Sequence record: SRR20825006_492
Direction: 5' to 3' (one strand)
Length of the DNA: 64,000 bases
Below, piece by piece: positions 10,114-21,209 of the stretch. The notes below the pieces were generated by a model that ran no database searches, was not told the DNA's origin, and saw nothing but the letters and a program-made list of their open reading frames with translations. A program made the position numbers and the translations under genes. Within the stretch, counting starts at the first letter, position 1, and each line of letters begins with the position of its first letter.

Positions 10114-11421
10114 TTAATATCTGTATTGGTCAGATTTGTACGGACCAGTAATTGGAACGCCAATGTACGCAGCTTGTTCTTCGCTTAAAGTCTCTAATTC
10201 CACACCAATTTTAGCTAGGTGAAGTCGAGCTACTTTCTCATCTAATGATTTTGGTAGAACGTGAACGCCTGGTTTGAATTCGTCAGGGCGGCACCATAGT
10301 GCTATCTGAGCTAGCGTTTGGTTGGTGAAGCTGTTACTCATCACAAATGATGGGTGACCAGTAGCGTTACCAAGGTTCATCAAACGACCTTGAGAAAGCA
10401 ATACAACTTGTTTACCAGACTTAAGCGTGAAAATATCAACCTGTGGTTTGATGTTCTCTTCTTTAGCATTTTCTTTTAGCCAAGAAACAGCAATTTCGTT
10501 GTCAAAGTGACCAATGTTACCCACAATCACTTTATCTTTCATGCTCTCAAAGTGATGAGGTTTAACGATGTCTTTGTTCCCTGTTGCAGTAACAATGATA
10601 TCGCCTTCTTTTACAGCATCGTCCATTTTTTTAACAGCAAAACCGTCCATCGCCGCTTGAAGCGCACAGATTGGATCAATCTCAGTTACAATAACGCGAG
10701 CACCAGCGCCTCTAAGCGAAGCTGAAGTTCCTTTACCTACATCGCCATAACCAGCTACTACTGCAACTTTACCAGCCATCATTACATCAGTGGCTCTACG
10801 GATTGCATCGACAGCAGATTCTTTACAACCGTATTTGTTATCAAACTTCGATTTTGTAACCGAGTCGTTCACGTTGATTGCAGGAAGAGTAAGTGTTCCA
10901 TTGCGTTCTCTTTCGATAAGTCGAAGAACACCAGTTGTTGTTTCTTCAGAAATACCATTAATACCGTCAACAAGCTCTGGGAAACGATCTAAAACCATGT
11001 TGGTTAAGTCGCCACCGTCATCTAAAATCATATTTAAAGGTTGGCCATCAGGAAAGATAAGTGTTTGTTCGATACACCAATCAAATTCTTCTTCGGTCAT
11101 TCCTTTCCACGCGTAAACAGGAACACCAGCAGCAGCAATTGCAGCAGCTGCGTGATCTTGTGTGGAATAAATGTTGCAAGAAGACCAAGTTACATCAGCG
11201 CCTAAGTCAACTAAAGTTTCTATAAGTACAGCTGTTTGTATAGTCATATGCAAACAACCGGCAATACGTGCGCCTTTGAGCGGTTGCTCTGCCCCGTACT
11301 CTTCACGAAGTGCCATTAATCCTGGCATTTCAGCTTCGGCCAATTCAATTTCTTGGCGCCCGTAATGAGCTAAATTAATATCTTTTACTTTGTAGGCTAA
11401 TTTTGCGTCTACCTTTTCCAT
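10114..11421 (-). CDS. ahcY: Adenosylhomocysteinase
   Basis: Signature motifs [51 protein letters not shown]. Confidence 0.98.
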   Translation of the reverse strand: MEKVDAKLAYKVKDINLAHYGRQEIELAEAEMPGLMALREEYGAEQPLKGARIAGCLHMTIQTAVLIETLVDLGADVTWSSCNIYSTQDHAAAAIAAAGVPVYAWKGMTEEEFDWCIEQTLIFPDGQPLNMILDDGGDLTNMVLDRFPELVDGINGISEETTTGVLRLIERERNGTLTLPAINVNDSVTKSKFDNKYGCKESAVDAIRRATDVMMAGKVAVVAGYGDVGKGTSASLRGAGARVIVTEIDPICALQAAMDGFAVKKMDDAVKEGDIIVTATGNKDIVKPHHFESMKDKVIVGNIGHFDNEIAVSWLKENAKEENIKPQVDIFTLKSGKQVVLLSQGRLMNLGNATGHPSFVMSNSFTNQTLAQIALWCRPDEFKPGVHVLPKSLDEKVARLHLAKIGVELETLSEEQAAYIGVPITGPYKSDQYRY

Positions 11422-11441
11422 ATATATGTATTGTGATGTGT

Positions 11442-11981
11442 CTAAGATTTTTTATTGTCTTCGATGATTACTTTCGTCTTCTCGTAATCACCTTCTGGGC
11501 CACGAGTTCCAACTTCAGTTTTTATTAGAAATCCATCAGGATCGATAAAAACTTTAAATGGAATTCCATAAGTAATCACTTCTGGGCCTATTCCATTGGT
11601 ATCAAGCACCCAGTCGAAATCGTATCCAAACTCTTCCATAAAGCTATTTACATCTTCTGGCGTGTCAGAATCTTGAAGGTTTACCGCTAGCACTGCAAAA
11701 TCGTCAGGGTACTCTCCTCTTAAAGAGTCCATTGCTGGGAAAACTGCGCGACAAGGACCACACCAAGTTTCCCAAAAGTCAATAAGTACTACTTTGCCTT
11801 TAAAATCGGCAAGAGTTACATCGTTGCCATCAAGATCTTTGAAAGTAGCTTTCGAGATTATTTGATCTGTTTTAATAAGTTCGTCGCTAAGTTGGCGAGG
11901 ATTTTTTTTAGCCTCATTTCCGCAGGCAGAAATGATTAAAGTTCCAAAAAAAAGGAGTAAGAAATAACGTATTGTTTTCAT
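11442..11981 (-). CDS. TlpA/ResA-family thiol:disulfide oxidoreductase lipoprotein
   Basis: Lipobox [14 protein letters not shown] thioredoxin-like CxxC; cis-Pro GIP. Confidence 0.88.
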   Translation of the reverse strand: MKTIRYFLLLFFGTLIISACGNEAKKNPRQLSDELIKTDQIISKATFKDLDGNDVTLADFKGKVVLIDFWETWCGPCRAVFPAMDSLRGEYPDDFAVLAVNLQDSDTPEDVNSFMEEFGYDFDWVLDTNGIGPEVITYGIPFKVFIDPDGFLIKTEVGTRGPEGDYEKTKVIIEDNKKS

Positions 11982-12240
11982 TTAATAAATAGAGTTTAGA
12001 TTCACTTTATAAACACAGAAAAGATAAGGGATAGTTCATTAAAAAGTGAAATACTTTACACAGCCTAATGAAGTGCTATATCTCTGTTTCATAGGCGTTT
12101 TTTTGAAAAAAAATATTATAAAAAATGTAATAAAAAGTGATGACGGGTACTCTTTTGGATATTCGATATGTAAAGTAACATTAATTTAATATAATAAGCG
12201 GAATTTAAGTAATGGCAATACTAACTAACACGGACAACTT

Positions 12241-15219
12241 ATGAGACAGAAATATCAGGCTAGAATATTAACAATGCTTTTTGTGCTGCTGATGAGCACT
12301 CAATTAGCAATAGCACAGTACACTGTTACAGGAACAGTTACAGACGAAGCATCAGGGAATCTCTTAATTGGGGTAACCATATTTGATCCTGGAACAGGAG
12401 GTGGTATAACAACGAACCTTGATGGTGTATACAAAATAAGCGTTCCAACGGGAGAAGCAACGCTCCGATTCTCGTATATCGGTTACTTAACCCAGAATAT
12501 CGAAGTTTCTGGTACTAATGGAGAAACAGTACAATTAGATGTGACTCTTAAATCGGATATTGCGAACCTTGATGAATTAATTGTTACAGGTTTGGCTTCA
12601 AGTACAAAACGTACAAATCTAGCGAACTCTGTGTCTTCTATTAACGCAGATGATATTTCTGGAAAAAGTGATCCTCCAACTTTAGATGCAGCACTTCAAG
12701 GGAAAATTCCTGGTGTTCAGATTCAATCATATAGTGGCGCACCTGGTGGTGGGTTCAACGTGCAAATGCGTGGTGTTTCAACTTTTGGAGCCAGTGGATC
12801 TCAACCATTATATATTGTAGACGGTGTTTATGTAAACAACGAAACAGTTTCAACAGGTCGTTCTTCAGTAAGTGGTGCGGGTGGTTCATCTCAAGATGAT
12901 ACAGCTAACCGACTTGCCGATTTAAACCCAGACGATATTGAAAGTATCGAGGTATTAAAAGGTTCTTCTGCTGCAGCAATATATGGACAACGTGCAAACG
13001 CTGGTGTAATCATTATTAAAACTAAGCGTGGTAAAGCTGGTGATACTAAAATCTCAGTAAGCCAAGATATTGGATTTAGTAGCGCTCTTACTCTTTTGGG
13101 ACGTACTGATTGGGATGAAGCTCGTATTAGAGATTTCTGGGGTACTGGCACTAGAGGTGATTTAGAACTTCAAAGATATAACGATGCTAAAGCTGCCGGA
13201 AATATTAAAGATATGGAAGAAGAGCTTTATGGTGGACAGGGAGCAATTGCTAGTACTCAGGTGAGTGTTTCTGGTGGTAGCTCAAATACAAGATTCTACC
13301 TTTCTGCTGGAACTAGTAAAGAAGATGGTATTGTTGATAAAACAGGTTTTGAGAGAAAAACTGTTCGTGCAAATCTTGACCATAATATTTCTAAAACGGT
13401 TAGAATATCTTCAAGCTCTACTTTTATAAACTCTGATTCAAAAAGAGGGTTTACTGGTAACCAAAACAACACTGGTGGTTCAATTGGTTACTCATTGGCA
13501 AACATACCAAACTATGCATACAACATTCTTAAGCAGAACGCTGACGGAACGTTTAATGACAATCCTTATTTCACTGAAAACCCTTTCAGATTGATTAATG
13601 ATGCTAAAAATGAGCAAGAAGTAAATCGTATTATTCAATCCTTAAGATTGGATGCAGATTTAATAACTGAAGGCGTATCTCGTCTATCTTTCTCTATACA
13701 AGGTGGTGTTGATTACCTAGCTTCTGATGGTTTTGTATACTTCCCTGAGTACATGCAATACCAACGTACTGCAGCAACAGATCCAGGTGATGTATTGCAC
13801 TCAACTAGCGAAGTTATGAACTTGAACTTCCAGAGTTCATTAGTGTTTAATACAGAAGTAAGTTCTGATGCAGGTACGTTCTACCTATCTACTCAAACTG
13901 GTTTAACCCGTTTTGACCAAAGAATTTCTAGTGATAACATTCGTGGCCAAGGCTTACTTCCAGGTCAAACAAATGTGGGTAATGCAGCTAAAGTTAGTGC
14001 TAATCAATCATTCACTGAAATTACAGATCTTGGATACTTCGCACAGCAAGAAGTTAACTGGGATGATAAAGTTATTGGTACAGTAGGTGGTAGACTAGAT
14101 AGATCTACACTTAACGTACAACATGATCAACTTTACTTTTACCCAAAAGCATCTGTAGCAGCGAACCTAACTAATTTTGATTTCTGGAGCTTTGAAAAAA
14201 TTAGCCAGTTTAAATTAAGAGTAGCTTATGGTGTAACTGGTGGTCTACCAAATTTCGGTAACATCTTTACTAGTGCTAATAGTGAAAATATTGGCACATC
14301 TGTTGGTATTTCTGCTGGTGGAAGCACTGTAGATCCTGATCTAAAACCAGAAAGCGCAAATGAATTAGAATATGGTTTAGACATCGCGATGTTAGATGGC
14401 CGTATTGCATTTGAAGGTACTTTCTACAATAAAACAGTTGAAGATTTGATTCTAAACTTGAATCCAGCTCCTTCAACAGGTTTAGGTGGCGTATCAACTA
14501 ACGCGGCTACCCTAGAAAATAAAGGTATCGAACTTGGGTTGACAGTAATCCCAGTTCAAAGTACTAACCTAAATTGGACATCGTCTCTTTTATGGTGGAA
14601 AAACGAATCAAACATCACTGAGCTAAATGTACCAGCAAGTATAAGTGGAGCATTCTCAACTAGCTTTGGTTTTGCAAAAATTGAAGAAGGTGTTTCACCA
14701 ACAACAATCTTCGGATTTGATGGTGATGGAAACGAAGTGATTTTTGGTAACTACCAACCAGACTTCCAAATGTCGTTAGCAAACAACATCAATTTCTTCA
14801 AAAATTTTGATGCAAGCTTTATGTTACATTGGAACAAAGGTTCTGAACTAACAAACTTATCTGATTTACTTTCAGATGGTAGAGGTAACACAGACGATTA
14901 TTACTCTAGTGGAACTACCAGAACAGTACGTCCAGCGGGTACAGCTCGTTATGTAGACGATGGTTCTTATATAAAGTTAAGAGAAGCTTCATTGTACTAC
15001 ACAGTGCCAAGAGAAATCTTATCTGAAAAAATGGGCAATGTATTTAGTAGAATTAAGGTAGGTGTGTCAGGTACTAACTTACTTATGTTCACTGATTACG
15101 GTGGATATGATCCAGAAGTAAGTGCTCTTGGTAGATCTAATATTGGTCGTCAAGTTGACATTACTCCATACCCTAGTTCAAGAAAAATCCTTTTCAATAT
15201 CAAGTTTGATATTAATTAA
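12241..15219 (+). CDS. SusC/RagA-family TonB-dependent outer-membrane transporter
   Basis: Signal peptide; carboxypeptidase-regulatory-like N domain; plug motifs PLYIVDG and LNPDDIESIEVLKGSSAAAIYG..ANAGVIIIKTK; C-terminal YIKLRE and YDPEV. Confidence 0.95.
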   Translation: MRQKYQARILTMLFVLLMSTQLAIAQYTVTGTVTDEASGNLLIGVTIFDPGTGGGITTNLDGVYKISVPTGEATLRFSYIGYLTQNIEVSGTNGETVQLDVTLKSDIANLDELIVTGLASSTKRTNLANSVSSINADDISGKSDPPTLDAALQGKIPGVQIQSYSGAPGGGFNVQMRGVSTFGASGSQPLYIVDGVYVNNETVSTGRSSVSGAGGSSQDDTANRLADLNPDDIESIEVLKGSSAAAIYGQRANAGVIIIKTKRGKAGDTKISVSQDIGFSSALTLLGRTDWDEARIRDFWGTGTRGDLELQRYNDAKAAGNIKDMEEELYGGQGAIASTQVSVSGGSSNTRFYLSAGTSKEDGIVDKTGFERKTVRANLDHNISKTVRISSSSTFINSDSKRGFTGNQNNTGGSIGYSLANIPNYAYNILKQNADGTFNDNPYFTENPFRLINDAKNEQEVNRIIQSLRLDADLITEGVSRLSFSIQGGVDYLASDGFVYFPEYMQYQRTAATDPGDVLHSTSEVMNLNFQSSLVFNTEVSSDAGTFYLSTQTGLTRFDQRISSDNIRGQGLLPGQTNVGNAAKVSANQSFTEITDLGYFAQQEVNWDDKVIGTVGGRLDRSTLNVQHDQLYFYPKASVAANLTNFDFWSFEKISQFKLRVAYGVTGGLPNFGNIFTSANSENIGTSVGISAGGSTVDPDLKPESANELEYGLDIAMLDGRIAFEGTFYNKTVEDLILNLNPAPSTGLGGVSTNAATLENKGIELGLTVIPVQSTNLNWTSSLLWWKNESNITELNVPASISGAFSTSFGFAKIEEGVSPTTIFGFDGDGNEVIFGNYQPDFQMSLANNINFFKNFDASFMLHWNKGSELTNLSDLLSDGRGNTDDYYSSGTTRTVRPAGTARYVDDGSYIKLREASLYYTVPREILSEKMGNVFSRIKVGVSGTNLLMFTDYGGYDPEVSALGRSNIGRQVDITPYPSSRKILFNIKFDIN

Positions 15220-15237
15220 TTTTAAAAGACTTATAAC

Positions 15238-16629
15238 ATGAAAAAATTATCTAAATATTTAGTAATTGCGGGACTTGGGCTATCATTGGCATCTTGTAAT
15301 TTACTTGACCCAGGTGCAGTTACGGATCCTAATAGTCCTAGTGAGAACGCAGTTCTTGTAAATGCAACGAAATCTGATATCCAAAACTTGGTAACAGGTT
15401 TAGAAGCAGAGCATAGAAATTATAATGGTGCTTGGACGCTTTTTGGAGCTTTCGGCCGTGATTTGTACTTCTTCGGAACATCAGATCCTAATTTCTTTAC
15501 ACAATGGCTTCAGCTTCCTACAAAAACATCACCAGATGCAGAAAATCATACTACATTCTTTGGTGATGGTTCGGCCTACGAAAGTGCGTACGGAGCAATT
15601 AGACAAACAGCTTTCTTAAATGAAGCAGTTAATAATACAGCAGCGCTTACTGAAGCAGAGAAAAATGGTGCTATAGGATTCTCTAACACTATTAAGGCTT
15701 ACCAGTTAATCTGGCCTTGGTTACATCAAGGAACAAACGGTATTCGTGTAGACTTTGATTACACTGACCCGTTGAATCCTGGTGCTTTCTTAAGCCAAGC
15801 CGACGCACTTGCTAGAATCCGTACAATCCTTAACGACGCTAATACTACGTTAGGATCTGCAGGTTCTTCATTTGTATTTGAACTTTCAAATGGCTTTGAT
15901 GGCTTTAACACTCCAAGTGATATGCAAAAAGTGAATAGAGCAATTGCTGCTCGTTTTGCTTTATATGCAGAAGATTGGGATGGCGCATTAACTGCATTAA
16001 ATGGTTCTTTTCTTAACCTAAATGCTGCTAGTGTAGCTGACCTTAAAGTTGGCCCTCAGCACGTTTATGCAGGCGGTGATGACCGAAATAACCCGTTCTA
16101 CTACGTTCCAAATGGTTCTGCTGACAGAATTATCGTTGGAAGCCCACTTTGGGTAAGCCAAGCGGAAGCTGGTGATGGTAGAGTTGATGATAAGTTAGAC
16201 CTACGTGATGCTCCAGCAGAAGTAGCAGATCTTCCGTTAGTATCAGCTGACTGGCAAGAAGGCCGATATGGACAAATTGATCCTGTTCCTTTTATTCGTA
16301 ATGAAGAATTGATATTGATTTATGCAGAAGCAAAAATTAATAAAGGATCAGCTGGAGAACTAGCAGAAGCTGTTATTGCTCTTAACACAATCAGAACTAC
16401 TTGGGGATTGCCTGTTTATTCTGGTGCAGTAACAAAAGCAGCTTTGCTTAACGAAATGCTTAACCAAAGAAGATATTCACTATGGGGTGAAGGACATCGT
16501 TGGGTTGACATGCGCCGTTATGGTCGTCTTAACCAAATCGATACTTCCCTTGACGGTGGTAGAGTTGTTACCCAAATTGCTCGCCCACAAGGTGAGTCTG
16601 ATTGGGAAGCTTATGCAAACGGTAATTAA
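15238..16629 (+). CDS. SusD/RagB-family nutrient-uptake lipoprotein
   Basis: Lipobox LASC; IRNEELILIYAEA and RRYSLWGEGHRWVDMRR motifs; directly follows the SusC-like gene. Confidence 0.94.
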   Translation: MKKLSKYLVIAGLGLSLASCNLLDPGAVTDPNSPSENAVLVNATKSDIQNLVTGLEAEHRNYNGAWTLFGAFGRDLYFFGTSDPNFFTQWLQLPTKTSPDAENHTTFFGDGSAYESAYGAIRQTAFLNEAVNNTAALTEAEKNGAIGFSNTIKAYQLIWPWLHQGTNGIRVDFDYTDPLNPGAFLSQADALARIRTILNDANTTLGSAGSSFVFELSNGFDGFNTPSDMQKVNRAIAARFALYAEDWDGALTALNGSFLNLNAASVADLKVGPQHVYAGGDDRNNPFYYVPNGSADRIIVGSPLWVSQAEAGDGRVDDKLDLRDAPAEVADLPLVSADWQEGRYGQIDPVPFIRNEELILIYAEAKINKGSAGELAEAVIALNTIRTTWGLPVYSGAVTKAALLNEMLNQRRYSLWGEGHRWVDMRRYGRLNQIDTSLDGGRVVTQIARPQGESDWEAYANGN

Positions 16630-16650
16630 TCTCCGTAATTAAGTGATTCT

Positions 16651-16688
16651 AAAGCCCCATACTTTTTTAAAGTATGGGGCTTTTTTTT
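16651..16688 (+). terminator. Rho-independent terminator after susD
   Basis: AAAGCCCCATACTTT / AAAGTATGGGGCTTT stem followed by a T run. Confidence 0.9.
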
Positions 16689-16710
16689 GCGCTATGGCTT
16701 ATCTTTAGTC

Positions 16711-17937
16711 ATGAAATCAACTACAGAAAAAGATCATCACTACGACTTTATAATAGTAGGAGCTGGAATTGTTGGGCTTTCTACTGCATACAAACTTACT
16801 TTATCTTTCCCTGAAGCTCGAATTATTGTGCTTGAAAAAGAGCAACATGTTGCCGCTCACCAAACAGGTAAAAATTCTGGAGTTATCCATTCTGGTATTT
16901 ATTACAAACCGGGTAGCTATAAGGCGAAGAACTGTATTGACGGTCGGCATCAACTAGTAAAATTCTGCCAAGAAAACGACGTGGCGATAGACGTGTGTGG
17001 CAAAGTAATAGTGGCCACCCAAGAGGAAGAACTCGAACGCCTAGATGCTATTTATCAGCGTGGTTTGGAAAACGAGATTGAAGGTATCGCCAAAATCGAT
17101 GTTAAAGAATTAGCAGAATTAGAACCGCATGTAAAGGGAATCTCCGCAATAAAAGTACCCTGTGCTGGAATTGTGGATTTTAGTGGCGTTTGCGAGAAAT
17201 TAAAAAAGCTTATTGAAGCTAAGAACGGAAAAGTTTTATTTGGCGAAGAAGTTCGGGGTATCAAGCAGAACGCGGATGGTATCACTGTATCAACTTTAAA
17301 AAATTCCTTTAAAGCTTCTTACCTAATAAACTGTGCTGGTTTACATTGCGATAGAATTGCTAAGCTTGCTGGAATAGAATCACCCATACAGATTGTTCCT
17401 TTTAAAGGGGAATATTACGAACTAGAGCATGATGCAGAGTATTTAGTTAAAAATCTGGTGTATCCACTTCCACATAAAGATTTTCCATTTCTAGGAGTGC
17501 ATTTTACACGAATGGCGCTTGGTGGGATCGAATGTGGACCAAATGCCGTGCCTGCTTTTAAAAGAGAAGGGTACGATAAGCTTTCTTTCGATTTACGGGA
17601 TACTTTAGAGATGATGAATTTTCCAGGATTCTGGAAGTTATCAGCAAAACATTGGCGAATGGGATTAGATGAGTATCACCGTTCATTTTCTAAAAAAGCA
17701 TTTGTCCGTGGGCTTCAGAAGTTGATTCCTTCGGTTCGAGAAGAACACTTAAAACCGGCACCAGCTGGTGTTCGAGCTATGGCTCTCTTGCGAAATGGTG
17801 AAATTCTGGATGACTTTCATTTTGAGATTACCGACCGACAAATTCATGTGCTAAATGCTCCAAGTCCTGCAGCTACGGCTGGGTTAGCTATTGGGGATGA
17901 AATTGTTCAGAAGGCTATTTCTTCCTTTAAGCTGTAA
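16711..17937 (+). CDS. lhgO: L-2-hydroxyglutarate oxidase (FAD-dependent); ATG 16711 preferred over TTG 16687
   Basis: GAGIVG FAD motif; HQTGKNSGVIHSGIYY, PFKGEYY, FPFLGVHF, GPNA, NAPSPAAT motifs; TTG 16687 lies inside the terminator T run. Confidence 0.9.
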   Translation: MKSTTEKDHHYDFIIVGAGIVGLSTAYKLTLSFPEARIIVLEKEQHVAAHQTGKNSGVIHSGIYYKPGSYKAKNCIDGRHQLVKFCQENDVAIDVCGKVIVATQEEELERLDAIYQRGLENEIEGIAKIDVKELAELEPHVKGISAIKVPCAGIVDFSGVCEKLKKLIEAKNGKVLFGEEVRGIKQNADGITVSTLKNSFKASYLINCAGLHCDRIAKLAGIESPIQIVPFKGEYYELEHDAEYLVKNLVYPLPHKDFPFLGVHFTRMALGGIECGPNAVPAFKREGYDKLSFDLRDTLEMMNFPGFWKLSAKHWRMGLDEYHRSFSKKAFVRGLQKLIPSVREEHLKPAPAGVRAMALLRNGEILDDFHFEITDRQIHVLNAPSPAATAGLAIGDEIVQKAISSFKL

Positions 17938-17970
17938 ATCAATTTTAAATATTAGACAGGGTGTGAGGTT

Positions 17971-18159
17971 TCAGCAGCTCACGAGTTGGAAAAAGGAATT
18001 CGGTTAAATGTTGTGTCTCCGAGGTTAGTGGAAGATTCTGCGGAAGAATGGGGCTCTTATTTTCCTAGCCGTAGACCTGTTTCCATGAAAAGAGTTATCG
18101 CTGGATTTGTGAAGAGTTTGGAAGGAAATAAGACTGTAGAAATTATCAAGGTTTATTAG
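17971..18159 (+). pseudogene. C-terminal remnant of a short-chain dehydrogenase (PRK07578-like)
   Basis: Frame reads SAAHELEKGIRLNVVSPRLVEDSAEEWGSYFPSRRPVSMKRVIAGFVKSLEGNKTVEIIKVY*; in-frame TAG at 17953 upstream and no N-terminal Rossmann fold. Confidence 0.7.
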
Positions 18160-18226
18160 TCTTATAATTGATATTTAGCATAAATAATTACAAACTTCTG
18201 TCCTAAAATTAGAAGGAGTTTTTACT

Positions 18227-21079
18227 TTGATTCGGACAGATACACTCGCCAAAAAATTATACGCTACCGATGCTTCCATGTATCAAGAAATACCATTTGG
18301 GGTTTCATTCCCTAAAACTGTTGAGGATATACAGGAGCTTGTAAAAAGCGCTTACACACAGAATTTTACGATTACAGCACGTGGAGCAGGTACAAGTTTG
18401 GCGGGTCAAACCACGGGTAATGGCGTTATCATGGATGTCTCAAAACACATGACATCCTTGCTAGAATTGAATGCCGAAGAACGTTACGCTCGCGCTCAAC
18501 CTGGAGTAATTCGTGATACTCTAAACCGTGAAGCAGCTCCTTTTGATTTGTTATTTGGTCCTGATACATCTACCACAAACCGTTGTATGATTGGCGGAAT
18601 GATTGGGAATAACTCTTCGGGTTCATACTCGATAAAGCACAAATCTACCCGAGAGCATGTTTTAGAAATGGATGTGGTTTTGAGTGATGGCTCTCTTGCT
18701 ACATTTAAGGTACTAACGAATGATGAACTAGACGAAAAATTAAAGCTTGAATCACTGGAAGGACATATTTATCGCTCGATGATAAATTTAGCTTCTAGAA
18801 ACAAAGAAGCCATTATCGCAAACTTTCCTCACGCCGAAATTATTCGCCGAAATACGGGATACGCTTTAGATAAACTTTGCACGATGTATCCCATCGATCC
18901 GAACGGCCGACCTTTTAACATGTGTGAGCTTTTGTGTGGAAGTGAAGGAACATTAGCACTCACGGTTTCAGCTAAGCTAAATTTGGTTCCTAAGGATAGA
19001 TATCAGCGCGTGCTCATTCCTCAGTTCAAAACCATCGATAATGCGATGAAGGCTACAGTAGAGGCTGTTAAATTGAATCCATCAGCGGTTGAGCTTGTGG
19101 ATGATATTATCTTAAATGCGACCAAAGGAAATATCGAGCATTCTAAGAATCGATTCTTTTTGGAAGGCGAACCAAAATGTATTTTGATTATACAGTTTGA
19201 AGGAAATGATGAAGCAGAACTTGCAGAGAAGACAAAACATCTAGCAGATGTTCTTGCCGAAAAAGGTTTCGGGTATTCTTACACCGATATTTCTGATGTT
19301 GAAAAACAAAACCGAGTTTGGGAGCTTCGAAGAGCTGGGCTTGGTCTTTTGATGGGGTTGAGTAAAGATTCTCGCTCTCCAACTTTTTGCGAAGATACAG
19401 CCGTCCGTGTTCAAGATTTACCAGCATATATTGCTGAGTTTGAAGAACTATTAGCTCGCAATAATTCCAATTGTGTGTTTTATGCTCATGCTTCTGTTGG
19501 GGAATTGCATTTACGTCCGCTTATAGACACCACCAAGCAGGCTGGCGTAGATAAGATGAAAAAAATGGCTTCAGAAATTGCCGATTTAGTTCGAAAGTAT
19601 AGAGGTTCTCTTTCTGGTGAACATGGCGATGGACGAGCAAGAGCACCATTTATCCAGCAAGTTTTGGGAGCTGAAATGATGCCACTTCTTCAACAAATAA
19701 AAGAAATTTGGGATCCGCAGTATATTTTTAATCCGGGCAAAATTGTAAACGCCAAGCCGATGGATGTGGATCTTCGCTTTTCTCCAGAATACAATGGAGC
19801 TAAAGTTGAATCGGTGTTCAAATACAGAAAAGAAGGTAGTTTTAACGATGCCATTGAACTTTGTAATGGTGCCGGAGTTTGTAGAAAGCTTGCCGCAAGT
19901 GGTGGCACGATGTGCCCCTCGTACATGGCAACGAATGATGAAAAAGATAGTACGCGTGGTCGAGCTAATGTTTTCCGCCATGTGTTTTCAGGAGACAATC
20001 CAGAAACTTATTCTTCAGAAGATTTAAAGGAAGCACTCGATCTTTGTTTAAGCTGCAAGGCTTGTAAGAGTGAATGCCCTGCCAACGTGGATATGGCAAA
20101 AATGAAGGCCGAATTTTTGAATGGCTGGCACAAACAGAATGGCGTTAAACTTTCAGAGCGCTTTTTTGCAGATGCAGGGAAAGCATATCCATTGGCTTCA
20201 AAATTACCAGGAATTTCGAATTGGTTCTTAGGAACTCAGATTGCAAAAAGATTACTAGAAAACGTGGTAGGAATCTCAAAAGAGCGAACTATGCCGATGT
20301 TTGCAAAACACAGCTTTAGAGATTGGTTTAAAAAGAATCGAGCTAGCGTAAAATCGGAAGGCAAACCCAAAGCCGCACTTTTCGTGGATTTATTCACAGA
20401 TCATCACGATCCTGAAATAGCAATTAGTGCGTTAAAGATTTTAGAAAGATTGGGCTTCGAAGTAATTGTGCCAAAAGTTAACCAAGCAGGTAGACCTCAA
20501 CTTTCAAAAGGGTTACTCGACGATGCCAAAAAAGTGGCAATTAAAGCAATTTCAATTCTTGGGCCATTGGCAGAGCAAGGTATTCCTGTAATTGGTTTAG
20601 AGCCTTCCGAAATTCTGACTATGCGTGATGAGTTTTTAGATTTATGCGAAGACAGTCAGCTTGAGTTAGCTAAAACGTTGGCCGAAAATTCTTTTACAAT
20701 CGAAGAATTTGTGGTTAAGCATAAAGATCTTTTACCAGTCCCAAAACCAGGTAGCCAAGTTAAACTACACGGACATTGTCATACTAAGTCGTTAACAGGC
20801 AATGCTTCTACAGTAGAAGCGCTTAAAGCTGTTGGTTACCAAGTGGAAGCAATGGACACTGGGTGTTGTGGAATGGCGGGTAGCTTTGGCTACGAAAAAG
20901 ATCACTACGAAGTATCGATGAAGATTGGAAACCAGCGACTTTTCCCTCAGCTAAGAGCAGATGGGGAAGGTAAAGAAGTGTGTGCTCCAGGATTTTCTTG
21001 TCGGCACCAAATTCATGACGGCGTTGGTTTGGATGCAAAACATCCTGCCGTTATGATTGCAAATCAGTTGGGATTGTAA
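18227..21079 (+). CDS. FAD-linked oxidase with 4Fe-4S and CCG domains (YdiJ/GlcD-GlcF-fusion D-2-hydroxyacid dehydrogenase family)
   Basis: YATDASMY, RGAGTSLAGQ, GSEGTL, SGEHGDG; CNGAGVC, MCPSY, CLSCKACKSECP; CCGMAGSFG, GFSCRHQI; TTG start preceded by AAGGAG. Confidence 0.88.
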   Translation: MIRTDTLAKKLYATDASMYQEIPFGVSFPKTVEDIQELVKSAYTQNFTITARGAGTSLAGQTTGNGVIMDVSKHMTSLLELNAEERYARAQPGVIRDTLNREAAPFDLLFGPDTSTTNRCMIGGMIGNNSSGSYSIKHKSTREHVLEMDVVLSDGSLATFKVLTNDELDEKLKLESLEGHIYRSMINLASRNKEAIIANFPHAEIIRRNTGYALDKLCTMYPIDPNGRPFNMCELLCGSEGTLALTVSAKLNLVPKDRYQRVLIPQFKTIDNAMKATVEAVKLNPSAVELVDDIILNATKGNIEHSKNRFFLEGEPKCILIIQFEGNDEAELAEKTKHLADVLAEKGFGYSYTDISDVEKQNRVWELRRAGLGLLMGLSKDSRSPTFCEDTAVRVQDLPAYIAEFEELLARNNSNCVFYAHASVGELHLRPLIDTTKQAGVDKMKKMASEIADLVRKYRGSLSGEHGDGRARAPFIQQVLGAEMMPLLQQIKEIWDPQYIFNPGKIVNAKPMDVDLRFSPEYNGAKVESVFKYRKEGSFNDAIELCNGAGVCRKLAASGGTMCPSYMATNDEKDSTRGRANVFRHVFSGDNPETYSSEDLKEALDLCLSCKACKSECPANVDMAKMKAEFLNGWHKQNGVKLSERFFADAGKAYPLASKLPGISNWFLGTQIAKRLLENVVGISKERTMPMFAKHSFRDWFKKNRASVKSEGKPKAALFVDLFTDHHDPEIAISALKILERLGFEVIVPKVNQAGRPQLSKGLLDDAKKVAIKAISILGPLAEQGIPVIGLEPSEILTMRDEFLDLCEDSQLELAKTLAENSFTIEEFVVKHKDLLPVPKPGSQVKLHGHCHTKSLTGNASTVEALKAVGYQVEAMDTGCCGMAGSFGYEKDHYEVSMKIGNQRLFPQLRADGEGKEVCAPGFSCRHQIHDGVGLDAKHPAVMIANQLGL

Positions 21080-21209
21080 CTTTCTTATTAGAGCAGAATC
21101 AAAGATAAGAGTAGAGAATGGACTTTTTTTATAGATAAATAGTTTAATATTAAATTAATCTGTTTATTTAAGTCCTGTTGTTTAATTATTATTAATTAAC
21201 TCTAGCTCA

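Noticed and set aside
11422-11441. SAH/SAM riboswitch ahead of ahcY
   Set aside because: Only 20 nt separate ahcY from the upstream gene, and no recognisable aptamer is present
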